The position numbers and the translations under genes are program-made. From Promethearchaeota archaeon (GTDB lineage Archaea; Asgardarchaeota; Lokiarchaeia; Sigyniarchaeales; SOKP01), in assembly GCA_048938895.1 (NCBI GenBank), contig JBHLLU010000003.1, positions 1-64,000 on the forward strand: a DNA stretch of 64,000 nucleotides, written 5' to 3'. This document shows, piece by piece, positions 40,378 to 49,887 of this stretch. Numbering within the stretch: the stretch's first letter is position 1; each line of letters opens with the position of its first letter. The notes beneath the pieces are model-generated. The model was not told where the DNA came from and searched no databases. It saw only the letters and a program-made list of their open reading frames with translations.

Positions 40378-40641
40378 CTAGGTTTTAGCTTTCTCATTAC
40401 TTCTTTCTTTTTCGTCTAATACATAAATGCACCAATCAGGACATGCAAATTCACACCTTCTACATCCAGTGCAGTACTTTTCTTTACCTTCTACAACTTT
40501 AGGAACATAAGCAATCCTATAATTTAATTCTTCACTGAGTTCTAAGATCCCAGTTGGACATACTGCAATACAAGCTCTACATCCACCGCATCTACCTTTG
40601 TTTAAAAATAATGAGAATTTCTTTTCCTTATTTTCGATCAA
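40378..40641 (-). CDS. 2-oxoacid:ferredoxin oxidoreductase delta subunit (2x[4Fe-4S])
   Basis: CGGCRACIAVCP and CTGCRRCEFACPD. Confidence 0.9.
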   Translation of the reverse strand: MIENKEKKFSLFLNKGRCGGCRACIAVCPTGILELSEELNYRIAYVPKVVEGKEKYCTGCRRCEFACPDWCIYVLDEKERSNEKAKT

Positions 40642-40808
40642 TTTCGGAATTTTAGTTCAACTTCTATTTTATTAAATTATAAATTAAAAATATTCTACTA
40701 ATTATAAATTTCAATCAATTTAGTATTAAGTTTTTGATTGAATTCTTAAATATTTTAAAATAGGAAATTAGATTATTAAAAACAATAGTGAATTCTGTTT
40801 ATTAATTA

Positions 40809-41540
40809 ATGATGCTTCTTAAACCGATGGAACCATTTGGGCTAGCCCTTAAGGAATTTTATCAAGGAAATGAGCAAGCTAAGGTAATATTTCTTCGAGA
40901 TGATGGATTAAGAGATGAATATTTTGTATCTCATTGTTTTAGAACTGAACGAGATTTTTCATCTATCGAAAAAAAGGCGTTAGATTTATGTTATGGAAAA
41001 AATCTAGATTTAGGAGCAGGAGTGGGACCACACAGTCTTGAACTCCAAAAAAAAGGATTTGAGGTTTACGCATTAGATATTTCATCTCACGCATGTGATA
41101 TTATGAAGAAGCGAGGTGTCAGAAATGTTATTTGTTCAGATGTTTATCAACTGGAAGAGAAGAATTTTGATACAATCTTATTAATGGGACGTGCAATTGG
41201 ATTTGTAGAAGATATATCTGGGTTACGGAAGTTTTTGGAATATTGCAAAGTTTTACTAAATCCAAATGGTCAAATTTTATTAGATTCTCTAGATGTAACC
41301 TTCCCTGATAATCTTCCCCCCCAACATTTAGCATATCAAGAGAGAAACCGAAAAATGGGGAGATATGTTGGAGTTATAGGTCTTCAAATGGAATACAAGG
41401 GGATGTTAGGTGAAAAATTTAGACTCTTACATGTTGATTCTCAAACCTTAAAAAAATGTGCAACAGAATTAGGGTGGTTTTTTGAACTGATTATTCAAGA
41501 GGCAGAAGGAAGCTACTTATGTAGAATTTTCAGAGATTGA
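40809..41540 (+). CDS. Class I SAM-dependent methyltransferase
   Basis: LDLGAGVG, ALDIS, FDTILL, LNPNGQI. Confidence 0.88.
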   Translation: MMLLKPMEPFGLALKEFYQGNEQAKVIFLRDDGLRDEYFVSHCFRTERDFSSIEKKALDLCYGKNLDLGAGVGPHSLELQKKGFEVYALDISSHACDIMKKRGVRNVICSDVYQLEEKNFDTILLMGRAIGFVEDISGLRKFLEYCKVLLNPNGQILLDSLDVTFPDNLPPQHLAYQERNRKMGRYVGVIGLQMEYKGMLGEKFRLLHVDSQTLKKCATELGWFFELIIQEAEGSYLCRIFRD

Positions 41541-41569
41541 TTTTATACAAAATAATTGTTAAGATTAAA

Positions 41570-42082
41570 TCATTTAAGTTCTTCCAATAAATATCGGTCT
41601 AAGCCACCGATTTTAAGGAGATTTAAAAGTATTGGATGAATTTCAACTCCTTTAAACTTTTTTCCGGTAAACAAATTAATAACTTCCGCCTTGGGAATGT
41701 TAATTTCGATTTCTTCACCTGTCTTGAATTGCTTTGAGACATTTTCAACCTCTAATACAGTAAGAGCACGAGCAAATGAAGAACGATAAAAAATCCTAGC
41801 AAATGATTCAGCAACAATAGCTAAAATCCCTTTTTGCTGTAATATAGATGGAGCTGTTTCTCTACTTGAACCGCATCCAAAATTTTTACCTGCTACAATA
41901 ATATCACCATCTTTCACTTTACTTGGAAATTCCTTATATATTGTTTCACAGGTGTGTTCTGACATTTCTTTTGGATTATCTATATATTTGCTAGGGGAAA
42001 TAACATCTGTATCAACATTATCAGGAAAAACCCATATCTTTCCTCTTATAATATCTCTATATTCCTTATCCCTCTTTGTAAT
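41570..42082 (-). CDS. leuD: 3-isopropylmalate dehydratase/homoaconitase small subunit; probable ATT start upstream of the track ORF
   Basis: The extended frame gives the family N-terminal motif GKIWVFPDNVDTDVISP, then NFGCGSSRE and SFARIFYR. ATT at 42082 lies 7 nt after GAGGTG. Confidence 0.9.
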   Translation of the reverse strand: MTKRDKEYRDIIRGKIWVFPDNVDTDVISPSKYIDNPKEMSEHTCETIYKEFPSKVKDGDIIVAGKNFGCGSSRETAPSILQQKGILAIVAESFARIFYRSSFARALTVLEVENVSKQFKTGEEIEINIPKAEVINLFTGKKFKGVEIHPILLNLLKIGGLDRYLLEELK

Positions 42083-42095
42083 TTTTTTCCACCTC

Positions 42096-43364
42096 TTAAA
42101 AATTTCGTGGGTCTGTTATTTTCCCTTTTATTGCTGATGCTGCTACGGTTGCTGGTGATCCCAGATAAATTTTTGAATTAATACTACCCATTCTACCTTG
42201 AAAATTCCTATTTGAGCTAGATATACATGTTTCACCTGGTGCAAGAAGCCCTCCATGACCTCCAAAACAAGCTCCACAGCTGGGATTTGTGATTATCGCA
42301 CCAGCGTTTAAAAAAACTTCAAAGATTCCCTCAGTTGCTGCTTTCAACCATACGGTTTTTGAAGCTGGTGTAATTATCATGCGAACATCCTTGTGAATTT
42401 TCTTTCCTTCCAAAATATTTGCTGCTACCTTTAAATCTTCATATCTCCCATTTGTACAAGATCCTAAGAATGCTTGGTTGATGTTAATACCTTCTACTTC
42501 AGTAACGGGTTTAACATTATCAATGGTATGCGGGCAAGAAATTTGAGGTTCTAATTCATCAACATCCATTTCATAGATTTTTTCATATATGGCATCCTCA
42601 TCAGGTTTCACTAAATTGAATGACTTTTTTGTTCTTTTTCTAACCCAATCGATAAGTTTTTGGTCAGGAACTCCAAAGGCAAACTTTGCACCTAATTCCA
42701 AAGCAAAATTAGACATTGTCATTCTAGAGGAAATACTTAAATCTTCCATGGCATTTCCTGTAAATTCAATAGATTTGTAATTCGCAACTTCAGCAGTGTA
42801 ATCTCCGGCAATTTTTATAATTATATCTTTGCTCATTATGTTGTTAGAGAGCTTACCAGAAATGTTAAATTTTATAGTATGGGGTACTTTAAACCATAAT
42901 TTTCCTTTCACATATGCATAAAAAAGATCAGTATTTCCAACACCACAACTTGCTGCATTAAAAGCTCCATATGTCGTTGTATGACTGTCACCACCAATAA
43001 TTAGCATACCTGGTCTAATGTGACCCTTCTCTGGTAATACTTGGTGGCAAACACCCTCTTTTATGTCATAAAAATGTGTTATTCCTTGTTTTTTAACAAA
43101 ATTTCGAATCATATCATGGACTGTCGCCCATCTTTCAGTTGGGGCAGGATTATAATGATCGAATAACACTACAATTTTATTTGGATCAAATACTTTTCTC
43201 TTTTCGGAGGGTTTTATTTTATTAAAATCTAAAGAAACCTTTGCAGTACCAAAATGACTCATTATAAGGTCGATTCTGGCATTTATTATATTTCCTGGTT
43301 TAACTTCATATTCAGAAATATTATGAACCGAAAGAATCTTTTCTGCAATAGTTTTTCCATCCAT
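42096..43364 (-). CDS. leuC: 3-isopropylmalate dehydratase/homoaconitase large subunit
   Basis: GVCHQ, DSHTTTYGA, GSCTNGR, CGACFG, NRNFQGRMG. Confidence 0.93.
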   Translation of the reverse strand: MDGKTIAEKILSVHNISEYEVKPGNIINARIDLIMSHFGTAKVSLDFNKIKPSEKRKVFDPNKIVVLFDHYNPAPTERWATVHDMIRNFVKKQGITHFYDIKEGVCHQVLPEKGHIRPGMLIIGGDSHTTTYGAFNAASCGVGNTDLFYAYVKGKLWFKVPHTIKFNISGKLSNNIMSKDIIIKIAGDYTAEVANYKSIEFTGNAMEDLSISSRMTMSNFALELGAKFAFGVPDQKLIDWVRKRTKKSFNLVKPDEDAIYEKIYEMDVDELEPQISCPHTIDNVKPVTEVEGININQAFLGSCTNGRYEDLKVAANILEGKKIHKDVRMIITPASKTVWLKAATEGIFEVFLNAGAIITNPSCGACFGGHGGLLAPGETCISSSNRNFQGRMGSINSKIYLGSPATVAASAIKGKITDPRNF

Positions 43365-43438
43365 TTAATAACATCAGTATGAATTTTTGTATATAAATAA
43401 TAGAAAGGGTAAAAATTTGAAGAATAAAGCATACCCAT

Positions 43439-44863
43439 TTAAAGATATGCTAATGCAATGTTATCTAACTGCTTTTGGAGTGATGAATCAATAGGTTTTA
43501 GAGAAGGTTTATTAAGTAATCTAATTGCTTCTTCTCTTGCTCTCTTTCTGGATGACTTTGATCCGTTTTTCTTCCATGTTTCCCGAGTCATTCTATCTAT
43601 AATTTGACTAGGAAGAAATAATTCTTTTCTAAAATATTTCAAAGTTAAAGGATGCGATAACAATTCTTCTTTATCTTCATAATCTTTCAAAATTTCTGAA
43701 GCAAATGGTTTCCCATAATCTTCAATACCGCGAATCAATCTTTTAACCATACCTGCAATTTCATTGTCGGTGATAAGTTTCTCAATACTTTGAGTAGATT
43801 CAAAATCAAGCATTCCGGGACCAGAAATCATATTAATTCCAGCAAGACCCGCAAGCAGTGCCCCCATTCCTGCCTCAAAACCCGCTTGTCCATCAGGAAT
43901 TTTGGAATCGCTTAAACTCATATAGGCATGAGTAGGCAAGTTCAAAAACTTACCCATTTCAACATCTCCAAGATTAATCATCATGGTTTCAATCGCGCCC
44001 ATCGGTGTAGTACCATGTTTCATATCGAATACAGCAGGGGAACCACCCCAAATTAATGGAGCACCTTTATTAGTTGATTGAACAATCACAACTCCTGCAA
44101 GGCACTCGGCACAATGTTGGGTAATTGACCCTATTAAAGTAATAGGAGCACTGGCTCCTGATAAAGGCATTGAGACAAATTCCGAAGGAATCATGCTTTT
44201 AGCAGCATCTATCAATGATTGGGTTGTTAGATCAGACCATTTTAATGGAGGACTAGGACAAGCATCAAATATTGCTAACGGTTTCCGAGCTAAATCATCT
44301 TCAGAATTTCTACATACTAATAAAATTTCTTTCATAATTGAAAAGCTTTCTTTTCTAAATGTTCCCGTTACTACAGGTTTAAAACAATTCGATAATGCTA
44401 AATATAAACGATGCCAATCCTGTGCATCATTAGGAACGTCTTGATAGATCAGAGCAGTACTTTGGGCTTCAATATACTTCAATTGCTCAACGATCTTGGA
44501 AAATCTAATGAAGTCATTAGATTGTCCCTCTCTTAGTTGTCCTGTACTTTCATCGAGTATGAAAATAGCAGCTGACCCAGGATCGTAATGAACTTGATCC
44601 TCTGTTAAAGTTATATGTTCTTCCCCTTCTCTATCAAATAGCGTAATCTTATTAGGGGTTGAATTCAAAGCTTTATCAATCAAATCTGATGGGATAAAAT
44701 ACCTTGAACCATCATGGTTCAACCCCATCTTTTCAAACATATCAATTGCTTCTTGATTTTCAATAAATATTCCTTGGGTTTCTAAAATTGTTTTTGCTTC
44801 CTCTAAAATGAGTTTTTTATGTTCAATATCTAAAATACTAATCTTTGGTCTAATTATTGTCAT
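43439..44863 (-). CDS. MttB-superfamily (trimethylamine methyltransferase-like) corrinoid methyltransferase, non-pyrrolysine
   Basis: SPPLKW, GASAPITLIG, AECLAG, DSKIPDGQAGFE, GMLDFE, DNEI; uninterrupted ORF with no in-frame TAG. Confidence 0.9.
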   Translation of the reverse strand: MTIIRPKISILDIEHKKLILEEAKTILETQGIFIENQEAIDMFEKMGLNHDGSRYFIPSDLIDKALNSTPNKITLFDREGEEHITLTEDQVHYDPGSAAIFILDESTGQLREGQSNDFIRFSKIVEQLKYIEAQSTALIYQDVPNDAQDWHRLYLALSNCFKPVVTGTFRKESFSIMKEILLVCRNSEDDLARKPLAIFDACPSPPLKWSDLTTQSLIDAAKSMIPSEFVSMPLSGASAPITLIGSITQHCAECLAGVVIVQSTNKGAPLIWGGSPAVFDMKHGTTPMGAIETMMINLGDVEMGKFLNLPTHAYMSLSDSKIPDGQAGFEAGMGALLAGLAGINMISGPGMLDFESTQSIEKLITDNEIAGMVKRLIRGIEDYGKPFASEILKDYEDKEELLSHPLTLKYFRKELFLPSQIIDRMTRETWKKNGSKSSRKRAREEAIRLLNKPSLKPIDSSLQKQLDNIALAYL

Positions 44864-44885
44864 AATTTATCCTTTATCTTGAAAT

Positions 44886-45764
44886 TTAAATTAAATCTAT
44901 AATTTTTTTAATTTCCCTTATTGTATCAGGTGATGTACCGCAGCAACCACCAACTACTTTTACTCCTAATTTAATCATTTTCTTTATATCATTTACAAAT
45001 TCTTGAATAGGTTGTTCATAAAAAGTTTTGGTTCCTTCTATTCTTGGTTTCCCTGCATTAGGTTTTATGGATATTGGTAAATCTGTAAGTTCTACTGCTT
45101 CTTTTACCAAATCAAGCATATCATTTGATCCAATAGTACAATTTGCTCCTATCACATCAACATTTTCATTTTCTAATGTATGAATACATTTTTCTAAAGG
45201 ATCACCCATAATTGTAAAAAAACCTCTTTTAGTCTTTTTATATGTAATTGAAGCAATAATAGGTTTCGTTGATACTTCTTTTACAGCATGGACTGCAGCA
45301 AGCATTTCTTCTAAATCTGAAATTGTCTCAATATGAAATAAATCAACTCCCTTGTCTAAAAGTTCGGTTTGTATTTTAAAACTTGAAAACCATTCATCAC
45401 GTGTAATTTTTCCTACAGGGGGTCTAAACTCTCCAGTTGGCCCAATATCACCAACAATTAAACGTTCTGGAGGGCAAGCTTTTTGAATATTCTCTAATGC
45501 TTTTTCAATTATAGTATCGATTTTATGTTCAAGGTTATGATTTCTCAGATTTAATGGAGTTGATCCAAATGTATTTGATTGACACATATCTGAACCAGCA
45601 TTATAATAAGATTTATGGATATTAAAAATTGTATCTGGTTTTTCTATATTCAATATGTCTGGTACTTTACCTGGCTCTAATCCCCGTTTAATCAGTTCAG
45701 TCCCCATTGCCCCATCAAAAAGTATTATTTTTGATTCATCTTTCAACCAATCATGAAATGACAT
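44886..45764 (-). CDS. Stand-alone homocysteine S-methyltransferase domain (MetH N-terminal/BHMT fold)
   Basis: FDGAMGTEL, NTFG, GDIGPTG, GANC, PNAG, GGCCGT (Zn ligands). Confidence 0.92.
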   Translation of the reverse strand: MSFHDWLKDESKIILFDGAMGTELIKRGLEPGKVPDILNIEKPDTIFNIHKSYYNAGSDMCQSNTFGSTPLNLRNHNLEHKIDTIIEKALENIQKACPPERLIVGDIGPTGEFRPPVGKITRDEWFSSFKIQTELLDKGVDLFHIETISDLEEMLAAVHAVKEVSTKPIIASITYKKTKRGFFTIMGDPLEKCIHTLENENVDVIGANCTIGSNDMLDLVKEAVELTDLPISIKPNAGKPRIEGTKTFYEQPIQEFVNDIKKMIKLGVKVVGGCCGTSPDTIREIKKIIDLI

Positions 45765-45793
45765 TTTTTCAATTACCTCCTATAAATTAAGCT

Positions 45794-46441
45794 TTATTTG
45801 TTAAGTAGAGAGGTAACTAATCTTACCGCATCAATAGCATTTTCAGCGAACCCATCAGCATTACATTCCTTAACCCATGAACCAGTCACTGGAGCACCAC
45901 CAAGAATTACTTTAAACTTATCCAATAAATTGCGTTCCTTTAGAATTTCGATAATTCTTTTTTGTCCAAACATAGTAGTTGTCAGAAGTGCAGAAACACC
46001 AATTATATCTGCATTTTTTTCTATAGCTACATCCACAATTTTCTCGGCTGGAACATCAGTACCTAAATCATATACTTCATACCCATACGCTCTTAACATA
46101 GTAGCGACTATAGTTTTCCCTATGGAGTGAATATCTCCTTCTATCGTTGCCATGACTATAGTACCACGCGAAATTTCTTCAGATCCCTTTTTTAAGTGGG
46201 GAATTATTAAATCTAAGCTTTTTTGCATAACCTCTGCACCCTTCATTAATTCTGGAAGAAAAAATTCTCCTTCTTCCCATAATTCTCCAACTTTACGAAT
46301 TCCAGTTGCAAATCCTTTTTCAATGACATCCATTAAATCCATATCTTCAGAAATAGCTCTCTTTGCGAGATCTATCGCTTTTTCTTCATCTAAATCAACA
46401 ATAGAATCAACCATTTCTTTAAAAATATCTTCTTGAGACAT
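45794..46441 (-). CDS. Corrinoid (B12-binding) protein of the MttC/MtbC family
   Basis: FLPEL cap domain, GDIHSIGK, SALLTTT, GGAP. Confidence 0.93.
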   Translation of the reverse strand: MSQEDIFKEMVDSIVDLDEEKAIDLAKRAISEDMDLMDVIEKGFATGIRKVGELWEEGEFFLPELMKGAEVMQKSLDLIIPHLKKGSEEISRGTIVMATIEGDIHSIGKTIVATMLRAYGYEVYDLGTDVPAEKIVDVAIEKNADIIGVSALLTTTMFGQKRIIEILKERNLLDKFKVILGGAPVTGSWVKECNADGFAENAIDAVRLVTSLLNK

Positions 46442-46608
46442 TTCATATCACCTTTAGTCAAATTGATAGAAATTAATTTTTTGCTTAAAACATATCAATA
46501 TTATTTTACATATTAAGAATAAGAAAAACCTTATTGTTAAATAGAAAAAAATATTTGTAAGCCTTCCTTTTCGTTTTTAATTAAAGTTAGATCCCTAGTG
46601 ATTTAATC

Positions 46609-47958
46609 ATGAAGAAATTTTCAAAAGAGCCCCTTAGAGGATTTAAAGACTTTTACCCAGAGGATTTAAGAGAATTTAATTGGATCGTTGATAATATTGC
46701 ATATATTGCTGAATTATATAGTTATGACGAGTTTAGAAGTCCACAATTAGAACCTGTTGAAATTTTTGCTGCGAAAACTTCAGATGAACTTGTATATGAA
46801 CAATCATTTATTGTTGAGAAAAAGGAGGGAGAACGATTAATCTTGATTCCTGAACTAACACCATCATTAGCTCGAATGATTGCCAGAAAAAGTCAAGAAC
46901 TTAAGAAACCTATAAGATGGTTTTCAAATCCTACTTGTTTTCGGTATGAACGTCCCCAGAGAGGAAGACGTAGGATGTTTAATCAAATTAATTTCGATAT
47001 ATTAGGAGAAGAGAGTCTTTATGCGGAACTTGAAATTTTTAATATAATTGTGGACATTTTTAATGAGTTTGGGGCTACGGCTAAACAATTCCAAATTTAC
47101 TATAATAGCCGACGATTTATAGATGAGTTATGCAGATCCATCCTTAAATTCTCTCAGGATGAGATACCAATGGTATATAAAGTCATAGATAAGTCGGATA
47201 AAATGGAAAAGGAAGAATATAGGAAGTTTGTTAATGATTCATTTCAAGATGAATCCAAAATTAATGGGGTCTTAAAACTGACAAGTGCAAAATCTATCAA
47301 GGAATTATTGAATCAGTTTGATGTGATACCACAAGAGTTTTATAATTCAGAAGGATACTTAGAAATCGTAAACTTCGAAAAACTTATAATGGAATCTGGT
47401 CTTTCAGATTATTGTACTTTCGCTTCTAGTGTAGTAAGAGGCTTAGATTATTATACTGGCATTGTGTTCGAAGTTTTTGATACAGGTAGGGAAAATATAA
47501 GAAGTATTTTTGGAGGGGGGAGATATGATGATTTGTTATCTATATTTTCTGATGAAAGAATTTCTGGAATAGGTTTTGGATTGGGTATTTTAATGTTGTC
47601 ATTATTTTTAAAAACGTATAATTTAATCCCTGAAGAAGTATACAAAAAAGATTATTCAGATACAATATATATAACATCAGTCAATAAGGAGGTTGCAAGT
47701 TATTCAATTGATCTAGCACGCTCAATTCGAGATGAGGGTTTTCCTTGCATAGTTGATTATCGATTTTCAAATTTAAAAAATCAAATCAAGAAAGCAGATG
47801 AACTTGGTGTTTTTATAGTATTAATTATTGGTCCTGAAGAGTTTGAGGGAAATAAGGTTACCTTAAAAAATCTGATTTCTGAAGAACAAAAAACGGTTGA
47901 TTTTGAAGATATTATTGATGAGATTTATAGCATTCTTGATGAACTTGAAGAATCATAA
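46609..47958 (+). CDS. hisS: Histidine--tRNA ligase
   Basis: RGFKDF, PELT, FRYERPQRGR, VRGLDYYTG, GGGRYD. Confidence 0.96.
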   Translation: MKKFSKEPLRGFKDFYPEDLREFNWIVDNIAYIAELYSYDEFRSPQLEPVEIFAAKTSDELVYEQSFIVEKKEGERLILIPELTPSLARMIARKSQELKKPIRWFSNPTCFRYERPQRGRRRMFNQINFDILGEESLYAELEIFNIIVDIFNEFGATAKQFQIYYNSRRFIDELCRSILKFSQDEIPMVYKVIDKSDKMEKEEYRKFVNDSFQDESKINGVLKLTSAKSIKELLNQFDVIPQEFYNSEGYLEIVNFEKLIMESGLSDYCTFASSVVRGLDYYTGIVFEVFDTGRENIRSIFGGGRYDDLLSIFSDERISGIGFGLGILMLSLFLKTYNLIPEEVYKKDYSDTIYITSVNKEVASYSIDLARSIRDEGFPCIVDYRFSNLKNQIKKADELGVFIVLIIGPEEFEGNKVTLKNLISEEQKTVDFEDIIDEIYSILDELEES

Positions 47959-48335
47959 ATCAACCAAAAGCTTAGCTTTTCATCTAAAATTAGCCCAAAA
48001 TAAGAAAAGAAGCAAAATGGGGGATGTATAGAGCTTTAAAACTAAGGCAATTATATAAATTCAGAATGAACCCTATTATTGATTGGGAAAAAAGTTACAT
48101 TTAATTTTCATTTAATAAAGAAAAATCAAAAAGGTTTCAACTTTCTAATTTAACTGCTTTATTGAATTAGATTTAGAGAGTAAAGAATTTAAAGGAAAGA
48201 AAACGTCAAATTCAAATTCTTAAAAAATTATTCATATTAAAAGAAAAATTGGAAATGAGTCCAAAAATTACTTAAATTCATAACCAACAATTACTAAAAT
48301 TATTGATTAAAAAACACAATTAAGTTAGAATAATT

Positions 48336-49256
48336 ATGCATTTTATTGAAAAATTAATTCAATTAATAAAAGAAAAAAAAAGTGTAATTTCGATGGGATT
48401 GGATCCTAGAATGGATAAAGAGGGTGAAATCCCTCAGTATCTCATCAAGGAATTACAAGATCCTAATAAGGTTATTTTAGAGTATAATAAGAGTTTAATC
48501 GAGAGTACATCAGATTTAATCCCTGTAGTTAAACCCCAAATTGCATTTTATGAAAAATATGAAGCCTTAGACGCGTTAAAAGAAACAATTAAATATGCAC
48601 ATAAGAATGATTTACTGGTAATATTAGATGCGAAACGAAATGATATTGGATCGACTTCCGAAGCATATGCTTATTCCATATTCAAAAATTATAATGCTGA
48701 TGCATGCACTATCAATGCATATCTAGGAATTGATGGTGTTAAACCTTTTCTTGATTACAAGGAGAAAGGTTTGTTTATTCTTGTAAAAACTTCAAATCCA
48801 AGTAGTGAGGATTTCCAAAATTTATTTAGTGCTAAATTAAAGGATGTACCTGATGATATTTCTGAATACCGAGTCCATGAATACGATTTGAAAAGAAATT
48901 ATATTATGATGGCTGAATTAGTGCAGTTTTGGTCTAAAGAACTCACTAAGTTTTCTAATTTTACTAATCTTGGAGTAGTTGCGGGTGCTACTTTCCCTAC
49001 AGAACTTAAAAAGATAAGAAAAATTGTAAAAAACTCTTTTATTCTAATTCCGGGTTATGGTATTCAAGGTGCTCAAGTAAAAGACATTAAAAATGGCTTT
49101 ACTAAGGATGGATTAGGAGCCATCGTGAATTCTTCAAGAGGGATAATTTATGCTTATAGTAAGAAGAAAGAATATACTCCAAATGAATTTTGTGAAGCTG
49201 CTAAAGATGAGATACTGAAAATGAATAAAAAAATTAATCCGGAAATTGGTATATAA
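48336..49256 (+). CDS. pyrF: Orotidine-5'-phosphate decarboxylase
   Basis: GLDP, KPQIAFYE, DAKRNDIGST, KTSNP, GAT, PGYGIQG, NSSRGI. Confidence 0.95.
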   Translation: MHFIEKLIQLIKEKKSVISMGLDPRMDKEGEIPQYLIKELQDPNKVILEYNKSLIESTSDLIPVVKPQIAFYEKYEALDALKETIKYAHKNDLLVILDAKRNDIGSTSEAYAYSIFKNYNADACTINAYLGIDGVKPFLDYKEKGLFILVKTSNPSSEDFQNLFSAKLKDVPDDISEYRVHEYDLKRNYIMMAELVQFWSKELTKFSNFTNLGVVAGATFPTELKKIRKIVKNSFILIPGYGIQGAQVKDIKNGFTKDGLGAIVNSSRGIIYAYSKKKEYTPNEFCEAAKDEILKMNKKINPEIGI

Positions 49257-49271
49257 AAGATTATTGAACGA

Positions 49272-49691
49272 CTACAAAACATTGCCGATATTTCTAAATA
49301 TTAAATAATTAGCTCCGATTATTGGGCCTAAAATTAATAACGTTAATATAAATGAACGTGTAAGACCAGGTTTATGAATTACGTTTATAAGATTTAAGAC
49401 CAATAAAGTTGAAAAAATAACTGCCATTGCAATAAATGCTGGATTAGGGCCACCATAATAATCACATATACCATTTTTCGTACAATCCAGCTCTGTTAAA
49501 AGCATATCCAGAAGCATAGGACTACTGACAAATAAAGTTATTCCATATTGTATAAGATAACTCCCAGCAACCCATTTAATATTAGTTTTAGATTGAGCTT
49601 TAGTAATTGCCAAACCAATCCTCAGTATAAGAATACCACCTATAATTAAAACTCCTGCGATTATAAATGGTACATATTGCTGAATTTCCAT
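49272..49691 (-). CDS. Hypothetical membrane protein
   Basis: 139 aa with about 4 hydrophobic segments. Confidence 0.65.
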   Translation of the reverse strand: MEIQQYVPFIIAGVLIIGGILILRIGLAITKAQSKTNIKWVAGSYLIQYGITLFVSSPMLLDMLLTELDCTKNGICDYYGGPNPAFIAMAVIFSTLLVLNLINVIHKPGLTRSFILTLLILGPIIGANYLIFRNIGNVL

Positions 49692-49702
49692 CGTTTTTAT
49701 GA

Positions 49703-49726
49703 ATGAATTCTATTTGTAGAATTCAT
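49703..49726. promoter_or_regulatory. Perfect 10-bp inverted repeat in the divergent intergenic region upstream of hdrA
   Basis: ATGAATTCTA-TTTG-TAGAATTCAT. Confidence 0.35.
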
Positions 49727-49887
49727 ATTTATTTTTTAAACAATTTTTAATTAATCATATTATAAAAGATATTAGTTTTAAATTTATTTGGATTTACCTT
49801 TATTTAATTAGAATAAAAATTTATATTCATAATATTATAGAAAATTGAATTGGAGGAAGTAATAAAGATAGAAAGGTATGATATGCA

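Noticed and set aside
43439-44863. Pyrrolysine-containing trimethylamine methyltransferase
   Set aside because: The ORF is full length with no in-frame TAG, and there are no pyl genes in the window.
41570-46441. leuCD as part of the methyltransferase operon
   Set aside because: A 74-bp AT-rich gap with a TATA-like element precedes leuC and no functional link is evident; co-orientation alone is weak evidence.
47959-48335. Intergenic gap between hisS and pyrF as a pyrimidine attenuator or small RNA
   Set aside because: I could not identify a stable hairpin or credible ORF by eye.
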